From NCBI GenBank assembly GCA_965232515.1, contig CBDDPY010000002.1, positions 288,001 through 352,000 of the forward strand: a stretch of DNA of 64,000 nt, read 5' to 3'. The first letter of the stretch is position 1. Each line of letters opens with the position of its first letter. Source of the DNA: Alphaproteobacteria bacterium. Its GTDB lineage: Bacteria; Pseudomonadota; Alphaproteobacteria; GCA-2731375. The position numbers and the translations under genes were made by a program. Below, piece after piece: positions 29,372 to 39,592 of this stretch. The notes under the pieces are model-generated. The model did not search any database and had not been told where the DNA came from. It was given only the letters and a program-made list of their open reading frames with translations.

Positions 29372-29992
29372 TCAGGTGATCGGCAACATGACATTCTGCT
29401 GGAACGCCTCGCGCTGGGTCAAGCGTTCGTACCAGGCCCGGACGCTTGGCAAGTCGGGCCGGTCGATATCGAGTCCGTACCAGCGGTAGACCATGGCGCC
29501 GACCGGGAAATCGCCCATGGTCAGGGCCGAGCCGGCGATGTAGTCGGGGCCGGCAAGGTGCCGATCCAGGCGCTCGAACAGATGCCCGACCTCCTCTGCC
29601 GCGGCGGTGATCGCGTCCATGTCCCGCTCTTCCTCCGGCGTCCGCACCAGGCCCCAGAACACGGTCGTCATCGGCGCCAGCAGAATGGTCTGCTGCCAGT
29701 CCATCCATTGATCGGCAAGGCCGCGGGCGCGCACATCTTCCGGGTACAGCGCGCCGGGACTGTGTTTGGCGCAGAGATAGCGAACGATGGCGTTCGACTC
29801 GTACATCATGAAGCCCTGGTCGTCGATCACCGGCACCCGGCCCTGCGGGTTCATCGCCAGATACCACTCTTCGTTGACCTTGCCGAAGGCGCCGCCGGCA
29901 TCGATGCGCTCGTGCTCCAGCTCCAACTCACCGATACACCACATGACTTTCTGCACGTTCGCGGAATTAGCGCGACCCCAGATGCGCAGCAT
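29372..29992 (-). CDS. Glutathione S-transferase
   Basis: 'WGRANSANVQKV', 'NPQGRVP', 'ESNAIVRYL', 'WMDWQ'. Confidence 0.9.
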   Translation of the reverse strand: MLRIWGRANSANVQKVMWCIGELELEHERIDAGGAFGKVNEEWYLAMNPQGRVPVIDDQGFMMYESNAIVRYLCAKHSPGALYPEDVRARGLADQWMDWQQTILLAPMTTVFWGLVRTPEEERDMDAITAAAEEVGHLFERLDRHLAGPDYIAGSALTMGDFPVGAMVYRWYGLDIDRPDLPSVRAWYERLTQREAFQQNVMLPIT

Positions 29993-30139
29993 GACGTTCC
30001 CTCCTGATGCCGGTTTCAGCCGAAGATTGTGCCCGGTCCGTGAATACCCGGCGCGGGGCTGAATAGCAACGACGGCGATTGCCCGCAAGACGTAGTTCGT
30101 TCACACTCGCCAAGCTCTCGCCAATGCACTTGTAGAACC

Positions 30140-30613
30140 ATGACATATACGAAGAATTTTCCGGTTTCCTGGGACCAGTTACACCGTGACGCGCGTGCGC
30201 TCGCCTGGCGTCTGATCGAGCGCGGGCCATGGGAAGGCGTCGTCGCGGTGACGCGCGGCGGCCTGGTGCCGGCGGCGATCGTCGCGCGCGAGTTGAATAT
30301 CCGTCTGATCGAGACGGTCTGCATCGTCACCCGTCGCGGCCAGGACGTGGGCGAGCCGGTGATCCTAAAGTCGCTCTCGGGCGACGGCGAGGGCTGGCTG
30401 ATCGTCGACGATCTCGTCGACACCGGCACGACGGCACGAATCGTCCGCGAGATGCACCCGAAAGCGCATTTCGCCACGGTCTATGCCAAGCCGGAAGGGC
30501 GTCCGTCGGTCGACACCTTCATCACCGAGGTCAGCCAGGACACCTGGATCCTGTTCCCCTGGGACGCCGAGCTGCAATTCACCGAGCCGGTGGTCGACCG
30601 CAAGCAGGGCTGA
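30140..30613 (+). CDS. gpt: Xanthine-guanine phosphoribosyltransferase
   Basis: 'VSWDQLHRD', 'TRGGLVP', PRPP loop '[11 protein letters not shown]', '[11 protein letters not shown]'. Confidence 0.93.
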   Translation: MTYTKNFPVSWDQLHRDARALAWRLIERGPWEGVVAVTRGGLVPAAIVARELNIRLIETVCIVTRRGQDVGEPVILKSLSGDGEGWLIVDDLVDTGTTARIVREMHPKAHFATVYAKPEGRPSVDTFITEVSQDTWILFPWDAELQFTEPVVDRKQG

Positions 30614-31812
30614 CCGACCTGACCACATCGCAGGGATCGAATCGCCAAGCCGCCGCCGGCGATCTCGGCGTCGCCACGCGGCTCGCTTTCTACTACGGCG
30701 GCATGTTCGCCTTCGTTGGCATTTACATGCCGTTCTGGCCGGTCTGGCTCACCGCGCACGGCCTGAGCGCGCCCGAGATCGGCGCCGTGCTGTCGGCGGC
30801 GCTCTGGATCAAGGTGGTGGCCAATCCGACGATCGCGCGCCTCGCCGACCGCAGCGGCGAGCGCAAGCGGCCGATGCTGCTGCTGGCCGTGCTGGCGCTT
30901 GCCGGCTTCGCGCTGTTTCCCCTCGTCGACGGCTTCTGGCCGATCCTGCTGCTCTCGGTCTTCGCCAGCATCAGCTATTCCGCCATTATGCCGCTCGGCG
31001 AGACCGTGGCCCTGTCGGCGAGCTACGAGCGGCGTCTCGACTACGGCCGCGTCCGGCTCTGGGGCTCGCTCGCGTTTATCGCCGCATCCATCCTGGGCGG
31101 CCGGCTGCTGGGCATCGGCGGTCCCGATATCGTGCTCTGGCTGATCATCGGCTGTCTCGGCTGGCTGCTGTTGTCCTGCGCACTGTTGCCCGACACCCGA
31201 CAGGCGCGCGGGCGTGGGCGCGGGGGCGATGTGTTGCGGCTCGCCCGCAATCCCGTCTTCCTGGCCTTTCTCGCGGCCGGCAGCCTGATTCAGGCCAGCC
31301 ACGCCGTGATCTACGGCTTCGGCACCCTGCACTGGCAGGCGGCCGGCATCTCCGACGATGTCATCGGCTGGCTCTGGGCCGAGGGTGTGGTGGCCGAGAT
31401 CGCGTTGTTCGCGATCAGCGGCGCCGTCGTCGCGCGGCTTGGCGTCGCCCGCCTGTTGTTGCTTGCGGGTCTCGCCGGATTGCTGCGTTGGACCCTGACC
31501 GCAGTCAGCACCGATCTCGGCGTCCTGATCGCCGTGCAGGCGCTGCACGGCTTCACCTTCGGCGCGGCGCACCTCGCCGCCATGCATTTCATCACCCGCG
31601 CGGCGCCGCCGGAGATGGCCGCCACGGCGCAGACGCTCTATTCGGCGGTGGCCGCCGGCATCGCCATGGGCGCGGCGGCCGGCGCGTCCGGCCTGCTTTA
31701 CCAGGCCTTCGGCGGCGGCGCCTTCCTTGTCATGGCGGCGCTTGCCGGCATCGGCAGCCTGTTCGCGCTCGTCGTCATGCGCGGCTGGGATGGCGGCCGC
31801 CTGACCGCGTGA
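30610..31812 (+). CDS. MFS transporter, HcaT/MFS_1_like (start uncertain)
   Basis: 'YMPFWPVWL', '[10 protein letters not shown]', 'WAEGVVAEI', 'LHGFTFGA.H'; first in-frame ATG (30703) lies inside predicted TM1. Confidence 0.8.
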   Translation: MTDLTTSQGSNRQAAAGDLGVATRLAFYYGGMFAFVGIYMPFWPVWLTAHGLSAPEIGAVLSAALWIKVVANPTIARLADRSGERKRPMLLLAVLALAGFALFPLVDGFWPILLLSVFASISYSAIMPLGETVALSASYERRLDYGRVRLWGSLAFIAASILGGRLLGIGGPDIVLWLIIGCLGWLLLSCALLPDTRQARGRGRGGDVLRLARNPVFLAFLAAGSLIQASHAVIYGFGTLHWQAAGISDDVIGWLWAEGVVAEIALFAISGAVVARLGVARLLLLAGLAGLLRWTLTAVSTDLGVLIAVQALHGFTFGAAHLAAMHFITRAAPPEMAATAQTLYSAVAAGIAMGAAAGASGLLYQAFGGGAFLVMAALAGIGSLFALVVMRGWDGGRLTA

Positions 31813-31853
31813 TAGGCTTGGGCAACGTTTGAACAGATTGTGGGAGTAGCGCC

Positions 31854-32621
31854 ATGGCCATCGTCGAAACCGAAGCGCTTGCCGAAGGCGTCGCCGGGTT
31901 GGCCCTGAACCGGCCCGAGAAGCGTAATGCCCTCGACCTGGAGATCCGCACGGAGTTGATGAGCGGCCTTGAGGGGCTTCTGGCCGACGACGCCGTGCGC
32001 GCCATCGTCATCAAGGGCAATGGCGGTCATTTCTGCGCCGGCGGCGACATCACCACGATGACCGATCTCGACCCGGTCGCGGCGCGGGCGCGCATGAAGA
32101 GCGGCCATCGCTTGGTGCGCATGCTCTACGAGGCGGAGAAACCCATCGTTGCCGCCGTCGAGGGCTTCGCCGTCGGCGCCGGGGCGGGGCTGGCGATGTC
32201 GGCCGACTCGATCGTCATGGGCGAGGGCGCCACCATGGGCTTCCCGTTCTTCCGTCTCGGCCTGGTGCCCGACTGGGCCATCCTCTACTACCTGCCGCGC
32301 CGCGTCGGCGTCGGCCGGGCAAAGCAGATCCTGCTCGAGGCGGCCATGGTCAAGGCGCCGCAGGCGGTCGAACTCGGCATGGCCGACCACATGGTCGCCG
32401 ACGACAGCGTCGTCGCGCACGCCGTCGGCCTCGCCGAAACCTATGCCCGCCAGCCGCGCCACGCCTTCGCCATCGTCAAACGCCAGCTCCACCTCTACCC
32501 CACCGGTTTCGACGAAGCGCTCGAAATGGAGGCCATGGCCCAGTCGCTCGGCTTCAGTACCGCGGACTTCGAGGAAGGCCGAAGCGCGTTCCTGGAGAAG
32601 CGGAAGCCAGAGTTCGGCTGA
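31854..32621 (+). CDS. Enoyl-CoA hydratase/isomerase family protein
   Basis: 'LNRPEKRNAL', 'FCAGGDI', 'GLVPD', 'AFLEKRKPEF'. Confidence 0.9.
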   Translation: MAIVETEALAEGVAGLALNRPEKRNALDLEIRTELMSGLEGLLADDAVRAIVIKGNGGHFCAGGDITTMTDLDPVAARARMKSGHRLVRMLYEAEKPIVAAVEGFAVGAGAGLAMSADSIVMGEGATMGFPFFRLGLVPDWAILYYLPRRVGVGRAKQILLEAAMVKAPQAVELGMADHMVADDSVVAHAVGLAETYARQPRHAFAIVKRQLHLYPTGFDEALEMEAMAQSLGFSTADFEEGRSAFLEKRKPEFG

Positions 32622-32630
32622 GCAAAGGCT

Positions 32631-32707
32631 GCCCTCATCCTCCCACGCGACTGCCGTCGCGCGGATCCCTCCCTCTCCCGCAAGCGGGAGAGGGTTGGGG
32701 TGAGGGC
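32631..32707. repeat. REP-like element, type D (CCCTCTCCCGCAAGCGGGAGAGGG hairpin inside GCCCTCA...TGAGGGC)
   Basis: Perfect hairpin with inverted outer arms, between convergent genes; may also act as a terminator. Confidence 0.72.
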
Positions 32708-32714
32708 TGGTTTG

Positions 32715-34169
32715 TTAGTCGTATCCCGGCGGCGCCACGAACCCGCCAATCTCTTGCGCCAGCAGGCGGCTGAACTCGATTGCCGTGCGGTCGTGCAGAT
32801 GCGGTGCGATGGCCTGTGCGCCAACCGGCAAGCCGGACGCCGTCAAACCGGCGGGGCTGACGGTCGACGGCAGGTAGACCACGCCGCTGATGCCGGCCCA
32901 GAACAGCTGGTCCGTCGTCGGCACCGGATGGCCGTTGACGTCAATCGTCCGGTCGTGCCGCTCGCCTTCCTGGTCGTGCGGCCAGGCGGCCGACGCCGCC
33001 GCCGGGCAGAGCAGGATGTCCCAGTCCTCGAAGAACCCGGCCCAGCTTATCCGCATCTGCGTCCGCTCGTTGTGGAGCGGCAGCCAGTCCCTGTGCCGCA
33101 GCGTGTTGCCGCGCGACATGCGGGCGAGATAGGACGTGTCGTCGGCGCTGGTTTCCTCGGCGATCTGCAGCGACCGTGCGTAGACCTCCGGCGACATCCG
33201 GCCGGAGGTCGCGGCCCGCAGCAACAGCACGTAAACTTCATGCGCCCGCCGCGTATCGATGTCGGGGTGCGCGGTATCGCTCACCGTGGCGCCTGCCTTG
33301 GCGAGCGCGTCGGCGACGGCCTGCAGCCGGTCGGCATATTCGCCGTCGACCTCGGAATTCGGATCGCTCAGCTTCACCGCGACCCGGAAGTCCTTCAGCG
33401 TCGTCCGCTTCGGCGCCGGCAGCTCCAGCCGCCAACCATCCGCCTCCAGCGGGTCCGGGCCGGCCATGGCGTCGAGCGCCAGGCCCAAGTCCTCGGCGCT
33501 GCGGGCAAGCGGCCCGATTGCAGAGATATCGGCCGACGTCACGACGCCCGGCAGGGCGTGGCCGCGCGTCGGCAGGATGCCGTAGGTCGGCTTCAGGCCG
33601 AAGACGCCGCAATAATGTGCCGGGTTGCGGATCGAGGCGCCGATATCGCTGCCCGAGTCGATACCGGTCAGGCCGGCCGCCAAGGCGGCCGCCGAGCCGC
33701 CGGACGAGCCGCCCGGTGTCAGTTCGGTATTCCAGGGGTTGTTGGTGGTGCCGTAGATGGCGTTGAAACTCTGCCAGTCGGCGAGGTTGAGCGGCACGTT
33801 GGTCTTCCCGAACAGCACCACGCCCGCGGCCAGCATCCGGTCCACCGACAGGGCGTTCTTCGCCGCGATATTGTCCTTCATCTCCGGGATGCCCCAGGTC
33901 GTCGGCGACCCGGCGACGTCGTAGGATTCCTTGATCGTCATCGGCACGCCGTGCAGCGGACCCCAGATCTCGCCCTTGGCGAGCGCCGCGTCGGCCGCCC
34001 GCGCCCGCGTCCGCGCGTTGTCGACATCCATCCAGATGATGGCGTTCAGCGCCGGGTTATACTGCTCGACCCGACTCAGGTAATGGTCGAGCAGTTCCAG
34101 ACAGCCGATCTCGCGATCCCGGATCATGGCCGCGAGCTCGCTGGCCGATTTGTAGTGAATGGCGCTCAT
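32715..34169 (-). CDS. Amidase (amidase-signature family)
   Basis: 'LHGVPMTIKES', 'GKTNVP', 'PGGSSGGSAAA', 'GSDIGASIRNPA'. Confidence 0.92.
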   Translation of the reverse strand: MSAIHYKSASELAAMIRDREIGCLELLDHYLSRVEQYNPALNAIIWMDVDNARTRARAADAALAKGEIWGPLHGVPMTIKESYDVAGSPTTWGIPEMKDNIAAKNALSVDRMLAAGVVLFGKTNVPLNLADWQSFNAIYGTTNNPWNTELTPGGSSGGSAAALAAGLTGIDSGSDIGASIRNPAHYCGVFGLKPTYGILPTRGHALPGVVTSADISAIGPLARSAEDLGLALDAMAGPDPLEADGWRLELPAPKRTTLKDFRVAVKLSDPNSEVDGEYADRLQAVADALAKAGATVSDTAHPDIDTRRAHEVYVLLLRAATSGRMSPEVYARSLQIAEETSADDTSYLARMSRGNTLRHRDWLPLHNERTQMRISWAGFFEDWDILLCPAAASAAWPHDQEGERHDRTIDVNGHPVPTTDQLFWAGISGVVYLPSTVSPAGLTASGLPVGAQAIAPHLHDRTAIEFSRLLAQEIGGFVAPPGYD

Positions 34170-34253
34170 GAAGATTCTTCCTTTCGCTGATCAGCGACGA
34201 TGTTCCCGTGCCGCCGCGCCGAAGGCAAGCGCGCAAGCCATGATCGACCACGC

Positions 34254-35483
34254 ATGAAGGCCGAAACGCAGGCCATGGACGGCGCGGCGACGCATCCGTT
34301 TCGCTGGGCGATGCTGGCCGGCGTCTGGCTGATCTATCTCTGTTTCGGGCTGACCATCGCCGCCATGGCGCCAATGGTCGGCACCGTGACGCAGGAACTG
34401 GGCATCAGCAACTCCGCCATGGGCAGCGTGCTCGGCGCCTGGCCGCTGGTCTATATCTTCTCGGCCATTCCCTGCGGCGCGCTGCTGGACCGCATCGGGC
34501 CGCGCTGGGGACTGCTGCTGGCCGCCGTGATCATGGCCGCGTCCGGCGGCCTGCGCGGGCTCGCCGACGGCCATCTCGATCTATTCCTGGCGACCGCGCT
34601 GTTCGGTCTCGGCGGTCCGTTGATCTCGGTCGGCGCGCCCAAGGTGATTGCGCTCTGGTTCGAGGGCAAGGAGCGGGGGCTGGCCATGGGCATTTACATT
34701 ACCGGTCCGGCGCTCGGCGGCATCGCCGCGCTGTCGCTCACCAACAGCGTGGCCATGCCGGCATTCGGCGGCGACTGGCGGCTGGTGCTGGTGGTCTATG
34801 CCGCCGTGGTGCTGATCAGCGCCGCGGTCTGGCTCGGCATCAGCGCGCATCCGGCCGCCCGCGCCGTCGAGCGCGATCTCGCGGCCGCGCCCAGGCGTTC
34901 GCAATTCGCCGTCTTCGCCGACCTGATTGGTCTGCGCAGCGTGCAGATCATGCTGGTGATGGCGGTCGGCATCTTCTTCTTCAACCACTCGATCAGCAAC
35001 TGGCTGCCCGAGATGTTGCGCAGCGGCGGCATGGATGCGCGCAGCGCCGGCTATTGGGCGTCGGTGTCGGTCGCGGCCGCGATTGTCGGCTCGCTGCTGA
35101 TCCCCCGGCTCGCGGTGCCGTCGCGCCGCCTGATCATCATGTTCCTGCTGGTGCTGAGCGCCGGTGTGGCGACCTTGCTGATCCCACAGCCGCCGGGCGC
35201 CCTGCTGGCCACCGGATTGATCCTGCAGGGCATCACCCGCGGCTCGATGATGACCATCGCCATCCTGATCCTGGTCGAGACGCCCGAGGTTGGCGCCCGC
35301 AATGCCGGTTCGGCCGGCGGGCTGTTCTTTTCGGCCGCCGAGATCGGTGGCGTGCTCGGCCCGCTGACCGTCGGCTATCTTTCCGACGTGACGGGCGGCT
35401 TTGGCGCGGCCCTGCATCTGCTGACCGGCATCTGCGCGGCGCTGATGCTGCTCCTCGCCCTGCTGCGACGGCAGCACGGCTAG
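34254..35483 (+). CDS. MFS transporter (CynX/NimT-like)
   Basis: About 12 TM segments; 'GALLDRIGPR', 'WFEGKERGLAMG', 'NWLPEML'. Confidence 0.8.
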   Translation: MKAETQAMDGAATHPFRWAMLAGVWLIYLCFGLTIAAMAPMVGTVTQELGISNSAMGSVLGAWPLVYIFSAIPCGALLDRIGPRWGLLLAAVIMAASGGLRGLADGHLDLFLATALFGLGGPLISVGAPKVIALWFEGKERGLAMGIYITGPALGGIAALSLTNSVAMPAFGGDWRLVLVVYAAVVLISAAVWLGISAHPAARAVERDLAAAPRRSQFAVFADLIGLRSVQIMLVMAVGIFFFNHSISNWLPEMLRSGGMDARSAGYWASVSVAAAIVGSLLIPRLAVPSRRLIIMFLLVLSAGVATLLIPQPPGALLATGLILQGITRGSMMTIAILILVETPEVGARNAGSAGGLFFSAAEIGGVLGPLTVGYLSDVTGGFGAALHLLTGICAALMLLLALLRRQHG

Positions 35484-35487
35484 ATCG

Positions 35488-38400
35488 CTACAGGTTGACG
35501 ACTTCGACGAACACGGGCCGCCGGCGGCTGTCCCGCCCGCGGCTGTCGGTCAGATGCTCCTCGTATTCGGCGATCAACAGGCGGTAGCGGTTCTTCGTCG
35601 CCGGCCGATCCGGCAGCGTGATGCTGCCCTGCCAGATGCTCGGCGGCCGGATCACGTCGAAGATCACCGGATCGCGCAGCACCGCCTTGAAATCGCCCTT
35701 CGCGACCAGCCGCTCGCCGTCGACCTTGGCGCGTTTGATGGCCGTCGCGGTGGGTTTGCGCCGGCCTGTCTCGGTCACCAGCGAGAGTGTGCCCCGGTCC
35801 CGCGTTGGCCGGATATCGGCGACCTTCTGCCAGCCGAGATCGGTACCGATCGTCTCGTTCATTTTCTCCAGCGTCACCTCGATGACGGTCTGGCGCGCCA
35901 CGGTGCTGTTTTCGCGCGAACCTGTGGACTGGCTGTAGCGGTGGCCGAAGACGCCGATCTTGCGCACCAGCGGATTTCGCCGGTCAGGGGTGACGACGAC
36001 GGACCGGTCCGGCGTCAACTGCATGAACTCGGCCAGCACGATCTGCGACAGGTTCATCCGGTAGACCGAAACCGGGTGATAGCGCGCCAGCGCCAGCCGG
36101 ACGAAGGGGTAATAGACCGTGCCGGGCCGGATCACGATGTCGCAGAAATAGAGATCCCGGTCCGCGTCGTAGCCGACCTCGTGCGGCACCACGTCGAGGT
36201 GCAGATTGCCCTGAGCGGCGTCGGGATGCGGCAACTGCGACGTTGGGAAGGGACCCGGCCGCAATTCCAGCTCTTCCGGCGGCATGAAATCGGGCCGGTA
36301 GGGGCCGAGATCGTCGCGGTCCGCGACGCGCAGCGGGAACCGGTTCGGCCGAGGCGCCGCCGTCTTGATCGTCGCCCCGCCCCAGATCGGATCGGTGCCC
36401 CATTGCGTGACGAAGGGCTTGTACGCGCCGTCGATCGCCGTCGTCGAGGCGTTTTCCGGCGGCAGCACGACGCCCAGCATCTCGCCCCAGCCGGATGTGT
36501 ACCAGGGCCGGTCGAGATAGACGCGCAGACCGCCGCCGCCGCGCCAGCTCGTGCGGCCGCCGCGGCCAATCTTGTCGCGGCTCCAGCCGAAGGTCGGCAC
36601 CACGTAAAGCACTTCCGGCGCCGGTGGCTGCGCGGCGTTCGCGGCCCAGACGGTCTGTTCGTCCGAGACCACCTTGATCGCCGCGTTGTCGGGCACCGCC
36701 TTGATGGCTTCCGGCATGTATTCCCGGAACCGGGTCGTGGCCTCGGCGTGATAGGTGATCCGCCGGTAGCGCGTGTCGCCGAACTCGTGTCGTCCCTGCA
36801 CCGACAGGATACCGCTCTCGGCCTCGGTGCGGCGGATCCGGCGCTCGAACGCATGCCCGGCCATGGCCAGGTTTCGCGGCGAGCCGGCGGCGGGCCGGTC
36901 CTGCGGCTCGTTCCACTGCCCCAGCAGGTCCAGCTTCAGCGTGCTCTTGGCATGGATCGGCGTGCGGAAGGTGGGCCGCGCCCAGGTCGCGTTGGCCTGC
37001 CGCGACACCGTCAGAAGGCTGACATCGGGCGTGACCAGCGGCTTCTGCACGGCATGCACCAGTGTCAGCGTGCGCCACGGCGTGAACATCCAGTGCTGGC
37101 CGCGCTCGATGCGCGCGCGCAACGTATCCACCTGATCCGGCGTCAACCCGGCGGTAGCCCATTCCCACAGGCCCATCTGTTCCAGCGCGCCGGCCGGCAG
37201 CAGGCAGCTCAGCCGCAGCTTCGCCACCTCCGCCTTCGGCAGCGGCACGTTCAGCGTGCGCGTGCCGGCGTCGTAGCCCGCTGTCGCCCCGTCCTGCTCG
37301 AAGATATGGATCTTGAAGGGCAGGGCGTCCGGCCAGGGCGAGGCGGCATCGACGAACAGCGCCGGGATCAGGTCGTTCGGGTCCTGGCCTGGCAGATCAA
37401 AGATTCGCGCCACGGCGGCCTCGGCGAACGGATCGGCCAGATACGGCAGGCCGCTCGTTTCCGGCAGCACGGCATAGGTCACCGGCACCAACGGCGATGC
37501 CGGCGTCGGGCCTGGCGTCATGAAGTCGACCGCTTCCAGCACGCCGTCGCGCGTCGACAGCAGTTGGAAGCTCGCCGGATCGAGCTTGCCGCCGGTATCC
37601 AGCATGCTGTGTTGAATAATCTGCGACTGCTTGATGTTGTTCGGCAGGGCCAACCGATCGGCCTGTTCGGCCGCCGGAATGCTGTTGTCGGCCTCGGTCG
37701 CGTTATAGCTGCGGATCGCGACGATGGACATGGACTCGCCCGGCCCCGGCTCCGTCACCGGCGGTCCGTCCTTGATCAGCGCCAGCGCCGGCGCTTCCAC
37801 CGGTTCGAACCGCAGATAGCGCTCGGGATTGCTGGCGGTGTTGGGGGTGCCGATCTCGTCCTCGGTGAAGGGCAGGGAATTGCCGGCCAGATCGACGATG
37901 CGCGCCCGCAGCCGATAGTCCCGGCCGAACCTGAGCGACGGCAGAGAACCGGGATGCGCCTCGAAATTCGCTTCCAGGCCGATGCCGTCCGGCGCCTGGT
38001 TGTCCAGGCTCTTCGGCTGGTCCTCGGGATCGATGGTCAGGCCCGGCATCGGCGCCGACAGGCTCCAGCCGCTCCAGGTGAAGACGCCCTCGTGCAGCTT
38101 GACGATGTCGTCGTTGACGCCGTCCTCGGGCGTGGTGGTGGCGCCCAGACGGACCATGCCCTCTTCGTCCGACGTCTGCAGCAGATCGCTGGTGCGGGTC
38201 AGGCGATAGGCGCCGTCGCGCCGGCACAGGGACTGCCACTGCCCGGTCGTCTTGTCGTGAATGTCGATGCGGAAGCCGCGGATCAGGTCCTCGGCATAGA
38301 CCAGCACATCCTGGTTGCTGTTGGCCTGGTTCTGGAAATCGGCGGCGTTCTGGATCGCCGTTTCCAGCGCGCCGCCGCGGCCCTCCTCGGCCAGTGTCAG

Positions 38401-39582
38401 GCCCGATGTGCGGAGGCTCGGCGCGCCGTCACGGCGAACCTGGTCCTTCTCCTCCTCGGTCGTATTGTCCGACAGCGGCAGGGTGCGCAACGACGCGCCG
38501 AAGCCCAGAGACTTCATCACCATGCCGTCGACATCGACCTGCAACAGCCGGAAGTTGTCGTCGGCCAGCCGCAGCATGCGGCCTTCAATGGGCGTGCTGG
38601 CATTGCGCGGCCGCGGTTCGAAACCGTCCGGCGTCAGGCGCGTGCGCGTGAACGGCAGGATATCCGGATCGGCGACGACGCCGGCGCCCGTGTCGCTCGC
38701 CGGCGCCCAATCGACCTTGACCGACAGCCAATGCTCCGTCGGGCCGGCTGGCAGGGCGCGGCGCGGCACCGTCAGGTCGACCACCAGGCCCAGCAGCCGC
38801 AGCAGCACCGGATACTGGTTCATGGCCGAGACGATCTGGTGGAAGTCGATCAGGTCCTTGAAGTCTTCCGGCTTCGGCATGGCGACCTGCTTGAAGGTCG
38901 ACCATTTTGCGTCTTCCCGCGGGTCGTCCGGACCCTTGTTCTGATAGCTGCTCTGCGCCGGCAGCGACAACGGGGTGTGATAGGCCGAGAACTTCGTCAG
39001 CGGTTCGAACAAGGGTCGGATCGAGGCGAAATTGGACCCCGGGAAGTCCTCCTTGTCGCGCAGGGAGTCGAAATAGCGAAACCCGAACGGCCGTTGCTGT
39101 TTGTGCTCGGTCTGGCCGCGGAAATTGGTGAAGTCCCTGATTTCGCCCAGCAATTGGTTCAGATCGCGTGTCGGCGGCAGCTCGTCATCGGCGGTCTGCA
39201 ACAGGTTGACGTAGAGGTCCTGAAAGGCGTCGTGCAGCTTTGCCAACGGATAGGACACGACCTTGGCGTCCGTCAGGTCCTCGAAATCGTAGGGCCGCAC
39301 GAAGGTCTCGGGCGCGAAGATCGCCCGCCAGACCGTCGGGTCCGGCGCGCTGATTCGGCTGGCCTCGACCGTATCGGCGCCGAAACTGACCTGGAAAGAC
39401 GTGTTCGCCAGCGTTGCCGGCCAGTCCACGAAGTCCGGAAACTGTGCCAGCTCGAACGCGCCGGCCGCCTGGGTCAGCCGCAGGCGCGGCGAGACCAGCA
39501 CGGAGAGCTGCAGCAATTCACCGCCGTCCGACACGCCGTTCGGCAGGCAGGTCCACAGCACTTGTTGGTTCTTGTTTGCCAT
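35488..39582 (-). CDS. Very large uncharacterised protein (1364 aa), Pro/beta-rich with Ig/FnIII-like segments
   Basis: Long ORF with natural protein composition and GC-ending codons; GAGGGGGG RBS formed with the upstream stop; no recognisable catalytic motif or signal peptide. Confidence 0.85.
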   Translation of the reverse strand: MANKNQQVLWTCLPNGVSDGGELLQLSVLVSPRLRLTQAAGAFELAQFPDFVDWPATLANTSFQVSFGADTVEASRISAPDPTVWRAIFAPETFVRPYDFEDLTDAKVVSYPLAKLHDAFQDLYVNLLQTADDELPPTRDLNQLLGEIRDFTNFRGQTEHKQQRPFGFRYFDSLRDKEDFPGSNFASIRPLFEPLTKFSAYHTPLSLPAQSSYQNKGPDDPREDAKWSTFKQVAMPKPEDFKDLIDFHQIVSAMNQYPVLLRLLGLVVDLTVPRRALPAGPTEHWLSVKVDWAPASDTGAGVVADPDILPFTRTRLTPDGFEPRPRNASTPIEGRMLRLADDNFRLLQVDVDGMVMKSLGFGASLRTLPLSDNTTEEEKDQVRRDGAPSLRTSGLTLAEEGRGGALETAIQNAADFQNQANSNQDVLVYAEDLIRGFRIDIHDKTTGQWQSLCRRDGAYRLTRTSDLLQTSDEEGMVRLGATTTPEDGVNDDIVKLHEGVFTWSGWSLSAPMPGLTIDPEDQPKSLDNQAPDGIGLEANFEAHPGSLPSLRFGRDYRLRARIVDLAGNSLPFTEDEIGTPNTASNPERYLRFEPVEAPALALIKDGPPVTEPGPGESMSIVAIRSYNATEADNSIPAAEQADRLALPNNIKQSQIIQHSMLDTGGKLDPASFQLLSTRDGVLEAVDFMTPGPTPASPLVPVTYAVLPETSGLPYLADPFAEAAVARIFDLPGQDPNDLIPALFVDAASPWPDALPFKIHIFEQDGATAGYDAGTRTLNVPLPKAEVAKLRLSCLLPAGALEQMGLWEWATAGLTPDQVDTLRARIERGQHWMFTPWRTLTLVHAVQKPLVTPDVSLLTVSRQANATWARPTFRTPIHAKSTLKLDLLGQWNEPQDRPAAGSPRNLAMAGHAFERRIRRTEAESGILSVQGRHEFGDTRYRRITYHAEATTRFREYMPEAIKAVPDNAAIKVVSDEQTVWAANAAQPPAPEVLYVVPTFGWSRDKIGRGGRTSWRGGGGLRVYLDRPWYTSGWGEMLGVVLPPENASTTAIDGAYKPFVTQWGTDPIWGGATIKTAAPRPNRFPLRVADRDDLGPYRPDFMPPEELELRPGPFPTSQLPHPDAAQGNLHLDVVPHEVGYDADRDLYFCDIVIRPGTVYYPFVRLALARYHPVSVYRMNLSQIVLAEFMQLTPDRSVVVTPDRRNPLVRKIGVFGHRYSQSTGSRENSTVARQTVIEVTLEKMNETIGTDLGWQKVADIRPTRDRGTLSLVTETGRRKPTATAIKRAKVDGERLVAKGDFKAVLRDPVIFDVIRPPSIWQGSITLPDRPATKNRYRLLIAEYEEHLTDSRGRDSRRRPVFVEVVNL

Positions 39583-39592
39583 GCCGCCCCCC

